Counted from the first letter of the whole stretch, positions 1-13,200 are shown. The stretch: 63,800 bases of DNA, filler included, from 3 parts of 3 records of this genome joined end to end with filler, not necessarily neighbours in it, one strand, 5' to 3'. Notes: generated from the sequence alone by a model not told the origin. Numbers and translations: made by a program.

Positions 1-617
1 CCCATTCGCTTGATTGTTGTTTCTGCGAAATCCTGCCTAGATGAAACTATTTTCATTTCTAATTTACTATTAGTACTAACAAACTTAAAAATCAATTGTT
101 CATTATACAAATATGTGTCATACTTGCCTAATAAGTTTTCAAGCACTATTGATACATTTATTAACCCCCTATCATTTGGCTTATTGTTCATAAAAATCGA
201 TATTATATCATTCATAGAAATATTTTTATTGTTTTCGAATTCAATAAATGATTCTTTAATCTGCACAAGCATTTCATTACAGCTCTTATTAGCATCTAAT
301 TTATCAATGAATGGCAGTATTCGAGCAGCATCTTCAACTCCCTTTACAATAGAGTGACATCCAAATACAAAATCTATCTCTTCGCGTGAATAATTAAAAT
401 ACTTATCAATCAAAATACTCACCCCTGTAATCAATACCACATATAATGAAGGCATTGATTCTTTAGTTAAGAAAGATAATTTATTTACTACTTCTGTATT
501 AAAACTATATTTTTTTTGAATAGCAGCAATATTCTTCTGATTTCTATGAACTTTTCTTGCAAACTCATTCTCAGAATGTATATTAAAGAACTTGTCTTCC
601 CAGTATCTATTTATCAT
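1..617 (-). CDS. NRPS, N-terminal fragment starting with a half (C-lobe only) condensation domain; truncated at window edge; absent from ORF track
   Basis: Hand translation: ATG at 617 overlaps the end of the upstream gene; open to base 1: MINRYWEDKF...SLYVVLITGVSILIDKYF...ILPFIDKLD...QDFAETTIKRMG, matching the second half of a C domain. Confidence 0.75.
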   Translation of the reverse strand, partial: MINRYWEDKFFNIHSENEFARKVHRNQKNIAAIQKKYSFNTEVVNKLSFLTKESMPSLYVVLITGVSILIDKYFNYSREEIDFVFGCHSIVKGVEDAARILPFIDKLDANKSCNEMLVQIKESFIEFENNKNISMNDIISIFMNNKPNDRGLINVSIVLENLLGKYDTYLYNEQLIFKFVSTNSKLEMKIVSSRQDFAETTIKRM

Positions 618-1302
618 TATTTTTGCCCCTTACTATACTTTTTACATCAGAGTTATTATCAATATTGCATAAAGTTAAATATACAATTTCATCAATATTG
701 CATCCTTTACCTACAACTATTTCTTCACATACTATTTTTTTAACAACACAGTTCTCAACTTCAACTCTTTTAGCATTAATGCTGTCAACAATAAATTTGG
801 AAGGCTGATTATAATTATTTGAAGATATTCTTTTTTTCCCAAATTTATCAAAGTAATTTTCTTGATCCATTATATGAACTACATTGCCATCTATTGATTT
901 AATGCTTGATCTTCCATCGTTACAAAATTCAAATCTATCACATTTTAATATACTTGAAACCTTTAGCTGTCCTTTTCCCGAAAACTCATTGCAATATAAT
1001 TTCTCTGTTTTTACGCTTCCTCCAATTACGAAACTCTCACATTTAATATCCTTTGTAGTTAATGTTCCGCTTGAAAGTATCTTATTGCTTTCAATCTTGT
1101 TATTGCAAATAATTGTTCCCTTATTATTAAGTATTTCAAACGAACAATCCCCTTTAACTATGGTTGTCCCAAAATTGTATAAACTTTTAGCGATTATATT
1201 TTCTTGTGTATTCAGGTTTCCCTTTACACATACGCTTTTAGCCGTATAGTTTTGATTAATGTTCACACTTCCTCTAACCGTTTTTCTTTCATTAATAGTC
1301 AT
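607..1302 (-). CDS. Polymer-forming cytoskeletal protein (bactofilin, YhbE/YhbF-like)
   Basis: Beta-helix-type repeats (VKGNL, VKGDC, IGGSVKT) and C-terminal IVVGKGCNIDEIVY motif. Confidence 0.7.
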   Translation of the reverse strand: MTINERKTVRGSVNINQNYTAKSVCVKGNLNTQENIIAKSLYNFGTTIVKGDCSFEILNNKGTIICNNKIESNKILSSGTLTTKDIKCESFVIGGSVKTEKLYCNEFSGKGQLKVSSILKCDRFEFCNDGRSSIKSIDGNVVHIMDQENYFDKFGKKRISSNNYNQPSKFIVDSINAKRVEVENCVVKKIVCEEIVVGKGCNIDEIVYLTLCNIDNNSDVKSIVRGKNNDK

Positions 1303-1363
1303 AATTACTCCTTACTAGAATATCCACTTAATTAAATTGTTAAGATTTCTTTGAATAGTTGCA

Positions 1364-2176
1364 TCAATTATCAAACACTTTGTCTAAAACAGATGCAATG
1401 AATTTTGAATGTTGAGAGTTAACTATAGTATTATGGGTTGCATTCATATCATATCGAATCATATTGTTGCCTATGTACCTTTTCCATCCTATTGTGCAAT
1501 TATATGGATTATTATTTGCAGCAAAAAACAATGTTCTATTGTTAAACCTGCATTTAGGCTCATAATAAAAATGCATTTTACTTAAAAACGATATTATACA
1601 AATTCGTTTATACAGCTCATTTACTTTAAATTTTTCATAACTAGGGAAGTTAAATTGATATTTAGTTTCAATCATTTCTATAGCCATTTGAACTTCATCT
1701 TCATTCGTCGATATATCATTTAATTTATAAGAATAATATTTTTTGTTAATATTATTTAAAAGTTTCAAAATTTCTTCATAATTACGCATCTTTTTTATCC
1801 CCAAAAAATACATGATTTTATTTGTTATTAAATTATTTTTCTCACTTAAAAATGAATCAATGAGAATTAAATCAACTTTTATACCCTTATTACTTAATAT
1901 CGAAGCTATTTCAAAAGCGATTACTCCACCTAAACTCCAACCTAATAGAATAACATCTTCATTTACTAAGTAAGCTAATATTTCTCTTGAATACTTTATT
2001 GAAATTGACTCTATTGTACTGCATTCTTCTTGATTAAAATTATACTCAATGCCATATGCCATGAAACTAGTTTCTAAATTCTTTAATATGTTCATATAAC
2101 CTATTAGTTCGCCAGCACCATCATGAATAAAAAACATCTTTTTATTTCTTTTATTACCATCTTTTAGCAACAACAT
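1364..2176 (-). CDS. Stand-alone type I-like thioesterase
   Basis: FFIHDGAG, GWSLGG nucleophile elbow, LIDS, C-terminal His (ATHNTI). Confidence 0.85.
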   Translation of the reverse strand: MLLLKDGNKRNKKMFFIHDGAGELIGYMNILKNLETSFMAYGIEYNFNQEECSTIESISIKYSREILAYLVNEDVILLGWSLGGVIAFEIASILSNKGIKVDLILIDSFLSEKNNLITNKIMYFLGIKKMRNYEEILKLLNNINKKYYSYKLNDISTNEDEVQMAIEMIETKYQFNFPSYEKFKVNELYKRICIISFLSKMHFYYEPKCRFNNRTLFFAANNNPYNCTIGWKRYIGNNMIRYDMNATHNTIVNSQHSKFIASVLDKVFDN

Positions 2177-2218
2177 ACTCTCACCTTTATAAATAATGTA
2201 ATAAATCCTTAATCTGTA

Positions 2219-5200
2219 TCATATACTTTCTATCTTATTATATGGATTTTTAATCGTGTTGAAAATTGCCCTTTTATATTCAGAAAACAGAGTTGATATC
2301 GTATCTTCTCTAAACCTTTCAGAAGAATATTCAATAAATATATCCAAATTGGGATTTGTTTTAGGAATAGTAATATTAAGCTTAGCATGACAAATATTAT
2401 ACTCAGTTTCATATGCAGAAAAATACATGCCATTTATGTTATAGTCATTTACCTCAACATTTCCAAAATCCTGTGTAGTGAATGTAATATCTAAAAGATT
2501 ATGTTCATTCATTTTTGGCAAAAGATTTCTTATCATATCAATAGGTAATTCTGAATTTTCAAATCCCTTTATTGTAGATTGCTTAACTTCTTTTAAATAA
2601 TCAATTATTCTCTTATTCTGTTCTGGCTTCAACCTAATTGGTATCATATTTATAAAGACACCGATGATATTATTTAATTCTTCATGAATTCTCCCTGATG
2701 TGGATGTACCTATAACAATATCTTTTGAACCACTCCATTTACTAACTACAATTGTAAATATGCACAATAGGAACATATGCATAGTAACTTCATGTTTACG
2801 GCAAAATTCCGCAATCAGCTTTGTATTTTCTTCGTGTATACTAAATGATACAACTTTACCTTCAAGACCATATGTTTCACGTTTATAGTCAACAGGTAGT
2901 ATTAATTCTGAAGGCATTGTAGAATAAACATCTTTCCAATACTTAAGCTGATTATCATAATAGTTAGAGTTAATTAATTTATGCTGCCACTCTGAATAAT
3001 CAGTATATTGAACTTCTAACTCACTAGGCTTATATCCATTATAGAATTTACAGAATTCATCTACGAATATATACATAGACAATCCATCAGTTATAATATG
3101 ATGCATATCCAATATCAACAGATATTTATTGTCTTTATCTTTATATTTTGCAACACCTACTCTTATCAATTGTCCTTCTTGCAGATTAAATGGTCGCACA
3201 TATTCATTTATTAGTTCATTCTCTTCACCTGTTATTATTTTAAACTCATCTACTTTGAATGGTTTTAGCTCATTAACAACTTGTTTAATTTTACCTTCAA
3301 TATATTCAAATGACGTTCTAAGGCTTTGCTGACGATGAATAATTTTACTTACACTTTCTTGCGTCAATTCTATATCTATTACGCCGTCAACAATAAATAC
3401 TGTCGGTGTATTGTAAAGTATACTGCCTTTATTTAACTCATCAAATATATACATCCTTCTCTGAGAATACGAGCAATCATAATATTTTTTCATCTCTGCT
3501 TTTTTCAATATATACTTTTCATTCACATTTGCCCTATTTATTAATTCCGCCTGCATTTTAATTGTCTTTGCTTCAAAAAGTCTACTTAATTCAAGCATAA
3601 CATTGAATTCTTTATATACTTTACCAGCGATTGTTGCTATACTAAGCGAATGCCCGCCCTTAAGAAAAAAGCTGTCTTCTGTACCAAAATTATCATGTTC
3701 CAGCACTTCTACCCAAATATCAAACAATACTCTTTCTGTTTCATTATTTGGCATAACCTGTACTGTTTCTTTTCTATCATCATCAATTAATCTATCAATT
3801 AAATCTAAATCCAACTTACCAGTATTATTCAAACTCAAATTTTCAGTAAACACAATTCGATTAGGAATCATATATCTAGGAAGCAACGTGTATAAATTTT
3901 CAGTCAATTCTTTTTCCTTATGATATTTTCTTCCAGATTCTATTACTGCAATTATACATTCATTTTTATCGTCAACTTTTAGTACGACATCCTTTACTCC
4001 ATTTTGATTTAATATAGCTTTTTTTATTTCACTTGTTTCTATGCGCATGCCTCTTACTTTTATCTGATCATCAGTTCGTCCTAAATATTCCAGTCTATTA
4101 TCTGGAAGGCATTTCACCATATCTCCTGTCTTATAGAGTCTATCTCCATTCTTAAGAACATTTTTTATGAACGCTTTCTGATTTAATTCTTCATTACCTA
4201 TATACCCTGGGCTTAAACATAGTCCACCTATATAAAGCTCTCCAATACCATATTCGGGTACACAATTTTCATCTTTATCAAGAACATAGACATTACAATT
4301 ACTTATTGCATCTCCCAGAGATACATTAAGCCTATCTTCTTTACCATACTCACATCTATAACACATACACCCTACAGTTGCTTCAGTAGGACCGTATTCA
4401 TTATAAATTATCAGATTTCTATTGAATTGATTCCAAGTTTTGTTTATTAAAAAATTCGTAAGCGCTTCCCCACCTAATATAATTTTTTTGGCTTCTATAT
4501 TATGTACAGAGAAACTATTAAGTATCTTTAGTTGGCTTGGTGTCATCTTAATAATATTTATCTCATCATCAAGTGAAACATATGCTAATTTCTCAATATT
4601 ATTTGGTGAGTAATGCACTTTACAAATCCCCCCACATACCAAAGGTAAAAACAATGAGGTAACTGTCAAATCCACACCTATTGATGTGAAAAATGGCATA
4701 ACGGGTAAAATATCATTACAATATTCTTCTTTTGCCCATAATAAATAGTTTGATAAGTTCTCATACGTTATCTGAACGCCTTTAGGATTCCCAGTACTAC
4801 CTGATGTATAAATCGTATACAAAATTGACTGCATACTTCTTTTTATATCTAAATCTTTTATCGTTCTAAACATTAGCAACTCACTCATGCTAAGTGACTT
4901 TGTATCTCCGTATTCCAAATCACTACTTCCATCTAAGCATACACAATATTCGCATCCAGAACATTTTACTATATCTTTAATCCTATTTTCAGGATTATCA
5001 ATACTTATGGGCACGTACGTTAATCCTGCTTTTAATATTCCTAAAACGACTAGAATAAATTCTATTGAAGTTTCACCAATAACAGCAATAGACAAAGAAT
5101 TATCAAACTTTTTTTCTAAAAGGTTTTGTGCTATAAAATCAGTTTTTACTTTGAGTTCACCATAAGTTATGCATTTATTATCGTTCTTTAAAGCTATTTG

Positions 5201-5899
5201 CTTTTCGTTATCAGTACATACTTTGTCTATAATGTCAATCACTGGCTGAATACTGGACTTATCAATCTTATTTGCTTTATTATACCCTTTTCTAACCTCG
5301 ATTTCTTTTACCCTTATATCATATATAAATAATCGATGTTTAAGTATAAACATGATATTTTCCAAAAGATATCTAATATAATTATAACTATAGTTACTCT
5401 TATCAAAAACGCATCTTATACAAAGCTTTTTGTTCTTTCTACTAATGTATATCACTGTTTTATATGACGATATATTATTAAGTCCTATGAATTCTTCACT
5501 AGACCATACAACTTTAAGTTCACAGCTTTCACTATTCTGTTCACCATAATTTTCATTAATTAATCTGCTTGTTTGGTTTACTATTTCACTAAAAAAAGTA
5601 TTTCCATTTATAATAGATTTAATCTTCTTTATTTGATTGTTATGTGCATCCTTGTCTATGAAATCAAATAGAAAAGTATTACCATTAGTTAACTTGTACA
5701 TTAATACACTAATTGCTGAAAGTATATAAGATTGTTGCTGTGTTTTATTATAGCTTCTTAGTGCGTGAACCACACCATTCAACATTTGTACTCCTGTTAA
5801 TTCACAGTCTATACCACCATTCTCAATATCATATGGTATTTTATTAATTTTCATAATGCTTTTAGTTCGGTTTTGAGTTTCTATTAATAAATCTCCCAT
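2219..5899 (-). CDS. NRPS: degenerate half-C / A(Asn) / PCP / C
   Basis: YTSGSTGNPKG, YGPTE, YKTGD, GGHSL PCP, HHIITDG C domain; hand-read specificity code DLTKLGEVGK = Asn. Confidence 0.92.
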   Translation of the reverse strand: MGDLLIETQNRTKSIMKINKIPYDIENGGIDCELTGVQMLNGVVHALRSYNKTQQQSYILSAISVLMYKLTNGNTFLFDFIDKDAHNNQIKKIKSIINGNTFFSEIVNQTSRLINENYGEQNSESCELKVVWSSEEFIGLNNISSYKTVIYISRKNKKLCIRCVFDKSNYSYNYIRYLLENIMFILKHRLFIYDIRVKEIEVRKGYNKANKIDKSSIQPVIDIIDKVCTDNEKQIALKNDNKCITYGELKVKTDFIAQNLLEKKFDNSLSIAVIGETSIEFILVVLGILKAGLTYVPISIDNPENRIKDIVKCSGCEYCVCLDGSSDLEYGDTKSLSMSELLMFRTIKDLDIKRSMQSILYTIYTSGSTGNPKGVQITYENLSNYLLWAKEEYCNDILPVMPFFTSIGVDLTVTSLFLPLVCGGICKVHYSPNNIEKLAYVSLDDEINIIKMTPSQLKILNSFSVHNIEAKKIILGGEALTNFLINKTWNQFNRNLIIYNEYGPTEATVGCMCYRCEYGKEDRLNVSLGDAISNCNVYVLDKDENCVPEYGIGELYIGGLCLSPGYIGNEELNQKAFIKNVLKNGDRLYKTGDMVKCLPDNRLEYLGRTDDQIKVRGMRIETSEIKKAILNQNGVKDVVLKVDDKNECIIAVIESGRKYHKEKELTENLYTLLPRYMIPNRIVFTENLSLNNTGKLDLDLIDRLIDDDRKETVQVMPNNETERVLFDIWVEVLEHDNFGTEDSFFLKGGHSLSIATIAGKVYKEFNVMLELSRLFEAKTIKMQAELINRANVNEKYILKKAEMKKYYDCSYSQRRMYIFDELNKGSILYNTPTVFIVDGVIDIELTQESVSKIIHRQQSLRTSFEYIEGKIKQVVNELKPFKVDEFKIITGEENELINEYVRPFNLQEGQLIRVGVAKYKDKDNKYLLILDMHHIITDGLSMYIFVDEFCKFYNGYKPSELEVQYTDYSEWQHKLINSNYYDNQLKYWKDVYSTMPSELILPVDYKRETYGLEGKVVSFSIHEENTKLIAEFCRKHEVTMHMFLLCIFTIVVSKWSGSKDIVIGTSTSGRIHEELNNIIGVFINMIPIRLKPEQNKRIIDYLKEVKQSTIKGFENSELPIDMIRNLLPKMNEHNLLDITFTTQDFGNVEVNDYNINGMYFSAYETEYNICHAKLNITIPKTNPNLDIFIEYSSERFREDTISTLFSEYKRAIFNTIKNPYNKIESI

Positions 5900-5939
5900 A
5901 GTTTCTTATCCTCTTCCTTAAGTATTGTTAATTAAAACA

Positions 5940-7166
5940 TTAATCTATTAAAATGCTACTTTCATTTTTGATTTTATTCAATTGATATTTTTGTTCTGTA
6001 TCCACAACACATTTTTCTTTCATAACATTAGCAGCAAGTTTTATTAAACCTGAAACATCATCCATACACAACTGTGATCTGTTCTGCAGCTTTTTTTTGT
6101 ATGCTCTATACTCGTTTTCATATCCAATCATCTTTTGTCTATCTATCTCAGGGTTATTATTAGGAGTAGCAGTGAAAACAATTCTGTACACTCTATCAAC
6201 AAAATCACAAGCATGTTTTTTTAATAACTGAATATTTTTATTGTTGCTAATATCATTACGATCTTGTTTGACTCCATAACAAAAAACATTATTATTTAGT
6301 GTAATATCCTTTATTAGCCCTTTCAAATATGCTTTTGCACCCATTTCAATAAAAATCGGATCCTCAATACGAGATAACATACTTATTATCTGGTACCACT
6401 TAACTGGTTGATTTAAGTGATTAATAACATTTTCATTAAATTGGTCCTTTGTAATATATCCTATCCTATCAGCTGTAACATTTGATATAACACTATACTC
6501 ACCTTCGCATATATCAATTGTATTTAATATTCCCTTTAGTTCGTGAGTATAATCTTTCATATATAATGAGTGAAGGGGACCAGAGCCTATTATTGGTGTA
6601 ATATTGGCCTCTAAATCGAGTGCCTTTTCTTCTACTTGCATTACTGCATTTGCTGACCCACAAATTGCATATTGAGTTGCACTATTATAGCAAGAGATAC
6701 AGACCATATCAGTATCACATGATACCTTGTTGCAAATCAAATGCAGCTTATCTAAATCTATGTTATCTATGATGCTCATCGTTCCTAGTTCCGTTGCCTT
6801 ACTAGCAATCTCTCCTCTGGTTTTAACAAGCTTAAGAGTATCCTCAAACGAAAGCACTCCTGCAGCAGTCATTGCTGTATATTCGCCTAAACTATGTCCT
6901 ATATAACAATCTGGAACAATACCATGCTCAACCTTGAATTGTCTAAAAACTGCCAAACATGTAGTAACTATTGCTGGAAATAAAACTACATATTTATTTA
7001 AATCACTTATTTTTCCATTAAAACACATATTAGCTACATCATAACCTAAAACACTACTAGCTTCTTCATATGTATTTTTAACCACACTGTACTTGTCATA
7101 AAAACTTTTGCCCATGCCAATAAACTGCGCACCTTGTCCTGGAAATACTGCAACAAATTTGCTCAT
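5940..7166 (-). CDS. Trans-acting malonyl-CoA:ACP acyltransferase (FabD-like) with C-terminal extension
   Basis: FPGQGAQ, GHSLGE, conserved Arg (KTRG), PLHS. Confidence 0.9.
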   Translation of the reverse strand: MSKFVAVFPGQGAQFIGMGKSFYDKYSVVKNTYEEASSVLGYDVANMCFNGKISDLNKYVVLFPAIVTTCLAVFRQFKVEHGIVPDCYIGHSLGEYTAMTAAGVLSFEDTLKLVKTRGEIASKATELGTMSIIDNIDLDKLHLICNKVSCDTDMVCISCYNSATQYAICGSANAVMQVEEKALDLEANITPIIGSGPLHSLYMKDYTHELKGILNTIDICEGEYSVISNVTADRIGYITKDQFNENVINHLNQPVKWYQIISMLSRIEDPIFIEMGAKAYLKGLIKDITLNNNVFCYGVKQDRNDISNNKNIQLLKKHACDFVDRVYRIVFTATPNNNPEIDRQKMIGYENEYRAYKKKLQNRSQLCMDDVSGLIKLAANVMKEKCVVDTEQKYQLNKIKNESSILID

Positions 7167-7243
7167 GTTCTATATGATAGCCTATTTGGGACTATCTACT
7201 CCTCTCTTAGTTAGTTATAATGGTGATTATTAACAATTAAGTA

Positions 7244-10200
7244 CTAGAATGTAAAGTTGAGTTCTGATAAATCTGCTCTAAAATTATCATATATAATAGA
7301 TACAATTTGTTGAATATCATCGTCTTGGTTGTCGACTGCATATTCTAATAACATAATGAATCTATCACACATTCTTTTAATAGTAGTATCAATAAACATC
7401 TCTTCTGAATAAATAATATCTATTTTTATTTTGTCATTAAACTCGGTAACACTAACTTCCAATGGCACTTTTACATATCTTTGCAATATGTTATGGTATG
7501 TGAAAGTGGCATCTTCAATTTTAAATGATAAAATATCATAGTATTGATAAGAAAAAATTGTATTAAATATTTTGGAATTCTTAATATCAAGCTTATTTAT
7601 AATATCGCCAATTTCGAAATTTTGGTTAGCTGTTCCCTCAATTACATTTTCACGCATATCGCTAAGAGTATCAATAAATTTTTTATTATCATTCACATAA
7701 GTTCTAATAGGTAGAGTATTTACAAACATTCCAACTACTCGGCTCAAACTATCCTCTGTACGCCCACTAAATGGGATACCTATAATTATATCGTCAGACT
7801 TGTAATAATGTTTAAGTAAAATATTGAAGACAGATACTAGAATTACAAACGTTGTAAATCCTTGCTTCCTCCCAAAGTTTTTTAATTTTAAATATACTTC
7901 ATTTGTTAATTCAGCTTCTTCAACTCCTCCTTTAAATGTTGACTGTTTTTGCACAAAGTAATCAACAGGTAATTCCATCCTTGGTAAAGTACCTTTAAGC
8001 TTATTTATCCAATATCTATTTTCTTTTAGTACTATTTGTCTTCGTTTTTGACTTTCATTCCAATCAACAAAATCTTTAAACGTGATATCAATAACTTCAA
8101 GATCATCTCCTCTATATAACCTTAAAAAATCATCCATAAGTATATGTAGTGATGTGCCATCAGCAATAATATGATGTATTTCAAAAAATATGACTTTTAC
8201 TAACTTATTATCTAGTATTGAAAAACTATATAAGCTTTCATCTTCAAAGCTAAAAGATGTCTGACTGCTATAAATTATGTCATCAATAGCAACACCCGGC
8301 ATCACTATTTCCTTTATTTGATTAGATACTTTGGGCATTATTTCTTGTACTATTTCACCATCTACTTCCTTTACACTAGTTCTTAGTGCTTCATGCCTAA
8401 CGGTTAACTCATCCAAAGCTTTTCTGCATTTCTTAATATCTAACGCACCTTCAACAACTATTGCTGTAGATATATTATAAATTCTACTTTCCAAATTCTC
8501 TTTACATGCAAGAAACAACTTTTTTTGCATTGAAGATGTAGGATAGAATCCTCTTTCCTCAAGCTTAGGTATATTAATCTCTTTTACACTTCTTGCATTT
8601 ATAATTTTAGTACAAATTTCTTTTATATTATTTGATTTAAACATCTCATCTATTGATAAACTAACCTTATACTTTTTATTTATCTTGGTTATAATTGTTA
8701 TTAGCAATATTGAATCGATTCCAATATCAAATAGCTTACTACTTAAGTTAATGTATTCATTTCCAGAAATTTGTCTAATAGTATCTAAAATGTCACTTTC
8801 CATGTCATTTGTTACCACAGGTTCCATACCATTTGCTTCCTGATTACATTTTGGTATAGAAATCTGTTGCTCAATTACTTTACGAGATAAAGAACTGTAG
8901 TCAATTTTCCCATTATAAGTCAAATCAAACTCATCCAATATATATATATACTTAGGAATCATGTAATCAGGTAAATAATTAGATATCTCGCTATTAATCA
9001 TACTATATTGAATTCCACCTTCAATGGTAACAAATCCATAAATTGCATTATTCTCAACAATTACTATAGCTTCTTTAACGCCATCCACAACGTGTAAGCA
9101 TTTTTCTATTTCACCTAGTTCTACTCTATATCCATTAATCTTAACTTGATTATCTTTACGCCCGAGGAATTCAATGAAACCTTCTTCTCTAAAGATTCCA
9201 TAGTCACCTGTTCGATAAATATATCCTAACTCGTCATGATTAATAAACGCTTTTTTCGTTTTCTCAATATCTCCACAATATTCAGACGCAACTCCAAGTC
9301 CTCCAATACATATTTCTCCAATAACATCTATTGGACATTGTTCTAGCATTTCATTTACAACATACATTTTCTGATTTGCCAAAGGCATACCATATGGAAT
9401 ACTATTCCATTGCTTATTTATACATTCAATAGGATAATAAATTGACCAAATTGCACCTTCTGTAGCTCCACCAAGGCTTATGACACTTGCTTTTTCAAAT
9501 ACACTCTTAACTATATCTGGTAGTGTAACAGGTATCCAATCACCACTTAACATAATTACTCTTACTGAATCATTATGAAAATCAATATTCTGAACAGCCA
9601 GATTGATAATCGCTGGTACTGAATTCCATATGGTTATTCTTTCTTTATTTACAACTTCTATTAACTTAATAATATCCCTTTGATCTTCTATCATTATCAA
9701 TGTTGCCCCAGCCATAAATGCTCCGAATACATCATACACAGATAAATCAAAACAAAATGATGAAATACCAATAATTTTATCTTCACTACTTACATCAAAC
9801 TTATTATTAATATCAATTATTGTATTTATCACTGATTCTTGAGTTAGTACAACTCCTTTGGGTCTGCCAGTGCTTCCCGAAGTATATATGGTATACATTT
9901 TATCCTTAATTGAGTAATTAACATGAGGTAACTTATCTGGTAATTCATCTATATTTTTAGCATTATAAGTATCACATGTAATGACATTTATACACTTGCT
10001 GTTTTCAAGAATATAGTTTCGTCGCTCATCTGGATAATCATTATCAATTGGTACATATGCTGCCCTTGCCTTTAGAACAGCAATAATGTTAATCACTGTC
10101 ATTATATTACGTTCAGTAATAATAGCTACAAAATCATCCTTTTTTACTCCTTGGTTAATTAGATAATTGGCCATTTTATTAGTTTTATCTTCTAACTCTT

Positions 10201-13200
10201 TATATGTTAAGACTTTATCATTCAATTTTATTGCTACTTTGTCAGCATGTATTTTTACCTGACGATTGAAGGTTTTTACAAATGGCTCTAGTTCAAATTC
10301 TTCAAAAGTGTCATTGTATGCTTCTAAACCAGGAAAAATATCAATACGAGGTGTATATTCTATAGTACCTTTTAATACATCTTCTAAAATCTTATTATGA
10401 TAGCTAAACATATCACTTACCAAATGATTATCTAATGCTTGTTCAACGAAATCCCATACCATAATTAGTTCTCCGTTAAATGCTCTTGCTTGATTATCTA
10501 GGTAAACCTGCGGTGTTTGATTTGTACCGAAAATTTCCCTACCAATAAAGTCCATGTCAATATCATCTTGTTCACTTATTACACTAGTAAAAACTACTGG
10601 AAATAATGCTTTGCTGTATTCTCCGGTTTTAGATAATATACTGCTAATCACTTCAACACCATCATAATATCGATTTGCTATTCCTTCTAATATATTATTT
10701 TGAATATATCGTACTTTTTCCCAGAAGCAAAGTTCTGGTGAATAGTCTGCTACCAGCAGTAATACCGATGTAAAGTCACCAACTATTTCATTTATATTTT
10801 CATTAAATCCGTATCTATTGTAGCTAGCAATATTAATGATAAAATTATTGTTTACACACCACTTTCTTAAAGTTTCAATATAAGCTGTACACAAAATTGA
10901 TGAAATAGTAACACCTTGGCTTTTTGCAACTTCTTTTATCCTTCTTAAACTATTTTTGCCGAAGTTTTTTTTCTTTCTCTTAAAATAAGGCTTTGTAATT
11001 TCTTCAATACTTGTTTTGTGAGGTAATTCTGGTGCATACACACAATTTTCTATTTTATTAAGCCAGTAATCCTTTGACTTATTATAATCATCTGTTCCTT
11101 TAATGCTATTATACTGTTGAATGTAATCCCTGAATGTATATTTAACTTCATCGAACTCCTTTTCACAGTTATTGTAAAACTGTATTAAATCTTTTAATAT
11201 TATCTGCAAACTTATGCCATCTGCAATTAGCAAATCTATATCAATATGTAAGTATTTTGTATCTTTAGTTTTCACACCTCTAATCTCGAACAATGGCCAT
11301 ACTTCTGGATTAAATATTCTATGTGACATCTTTTCACGCAAATTTTTTATATGAATATCTTTCTTAATCGAAGATTCGTTTGTAAAATCATCCACTTGTA
11401 TTTTATATCTTGGAACTATCTCTAGTATTTTTTGATACATATCGTTGTATATTACTGCTCTTAGCATTGGATGCTTTTCAATTGTTCTATTTAGGGCATC
11501 TTCAAGCCTATTAAAATCCAAATCAGTTTCATATTCAAGATACATATGTGTTGATGTATTGCCTAATGTATAATAGCTGTTCCTCCCCAACATATATGCT
11601 TTCTGAATATTTGTTAATTCAAATTCATCATATTTATTGTCCTCACGATCGGCATAATTCTCATAAAGCTCTATCCTTTTTTCACCATAAAATATACTCT
11701 CTGCTAATTTACAAAGATTTAACCCAGAAGCGAATAACTTCATATCCAAAACGACATTGTATTTTTTTCTTATTTTATCTACAATTTTCATCATAGAAAT
11801 AGAATCTAAACCTAATTCAAAAAAATTATCATATACATCAATTTCTTTAAAACCTAATACCTCTTTTAATGTTTCACCTATATATATCTCCACCTCTGTA
11901 TAGCTATCTTTGCCAAATAGTTTTACTGACTCATTTATTCCTGAATTTTTCTCTTCAAAGCTACTAATAGTGTTACTTCCTATTTTCCTGAGCTGTGGAG
12001 CTGGTTTGGTATTAATCCACATCTTTTCCTTGTCAAATACGTATTTAGGTAAAGATAGCTTTTTATTATTTAAATTATCACTATATAAGTCTGTCCAATC
12101 AATTTTTGCTCCTTTACAGTAAAAAACTGATATCTGTTCAATTGCAATTTTATAAGGTTCATTCTGTATAATTCCATTAATAATCTCATTAATATTATTT
12201 TGTTCTGCTAATGTTATCTCTCCATCATTTTGTATTTCCTTTGCAGAATAAATAATCTTATGGTACCTATACTCAAACCATTCTTTATTGCAATTAATCC
12301 CTTCTTTACATATTAATTTTATTTTTTCTAACAAATCTAATGTTGAAGTTGCTTGAATAGCCAATCTATATGAATAATGTTTTTTACAGCAGGCTAAATT
12401 CCATACAATTTCATCAATTGCCAATTCCTTAATATCTATATAGTATTTTTCATATTGATCTAGGATTTTTTTAAGTGAAAACTCACTATTTGCAGAAAAA
12501 ACTGCAACATATAAGTCTTTTTCATTCTTTAAACTTACATCAGAGCTTTCATTTATATACTCCTCAAGAATCAAGTGTGAATTGGTACCACTATATCCAA
12601 AAGCACTAACGCCACATCTTCTAGGATAGTTACTTTTCTCCCAATATCTATTCATATTGTTCACATATACGGGAGAAAGCAGAAAGTCAATTTTATCATT
12701 AACACAGCTATAGTTGATAGTTTTTGGGAACATCTTTTTTTTGAGTACTAAAGTAGCTTTAATAATAGAAGCAATTCCAGCACACTCATACAGATGACCT
12801 ATATTAGATTTTACCGATCCTATTGCACAAAAATTAATGTCATCAGTATACCTACGAAATGCCTTTGTTATGCTATTAACTTCAATGGGATCACCTAAAG
12901 AGGTAGCTGTACCATGAGTTTCTATATACTTAATGGTATTAGGGTCAATATTAGCATTTTTCCACGCTTTTATTATAACAGCTTCTTGTGATTTAGGGTT
13001 TGGAGCAGTTATACCCACTGACTTACCATCCTGATTAAGTGCAATTCCTTTTATAACTGCATAAATATTATCATTATCCCTTTTAGCATCGCTTAAGCGC
13101 TTTAATACTATTGCTGCGGCACCTTCACCAACACCAGAACCAGTTGTCGCTCCATCAAATGCTCTAGTGTGTCCGTCGATAGATTCAATACCTAATCGAT

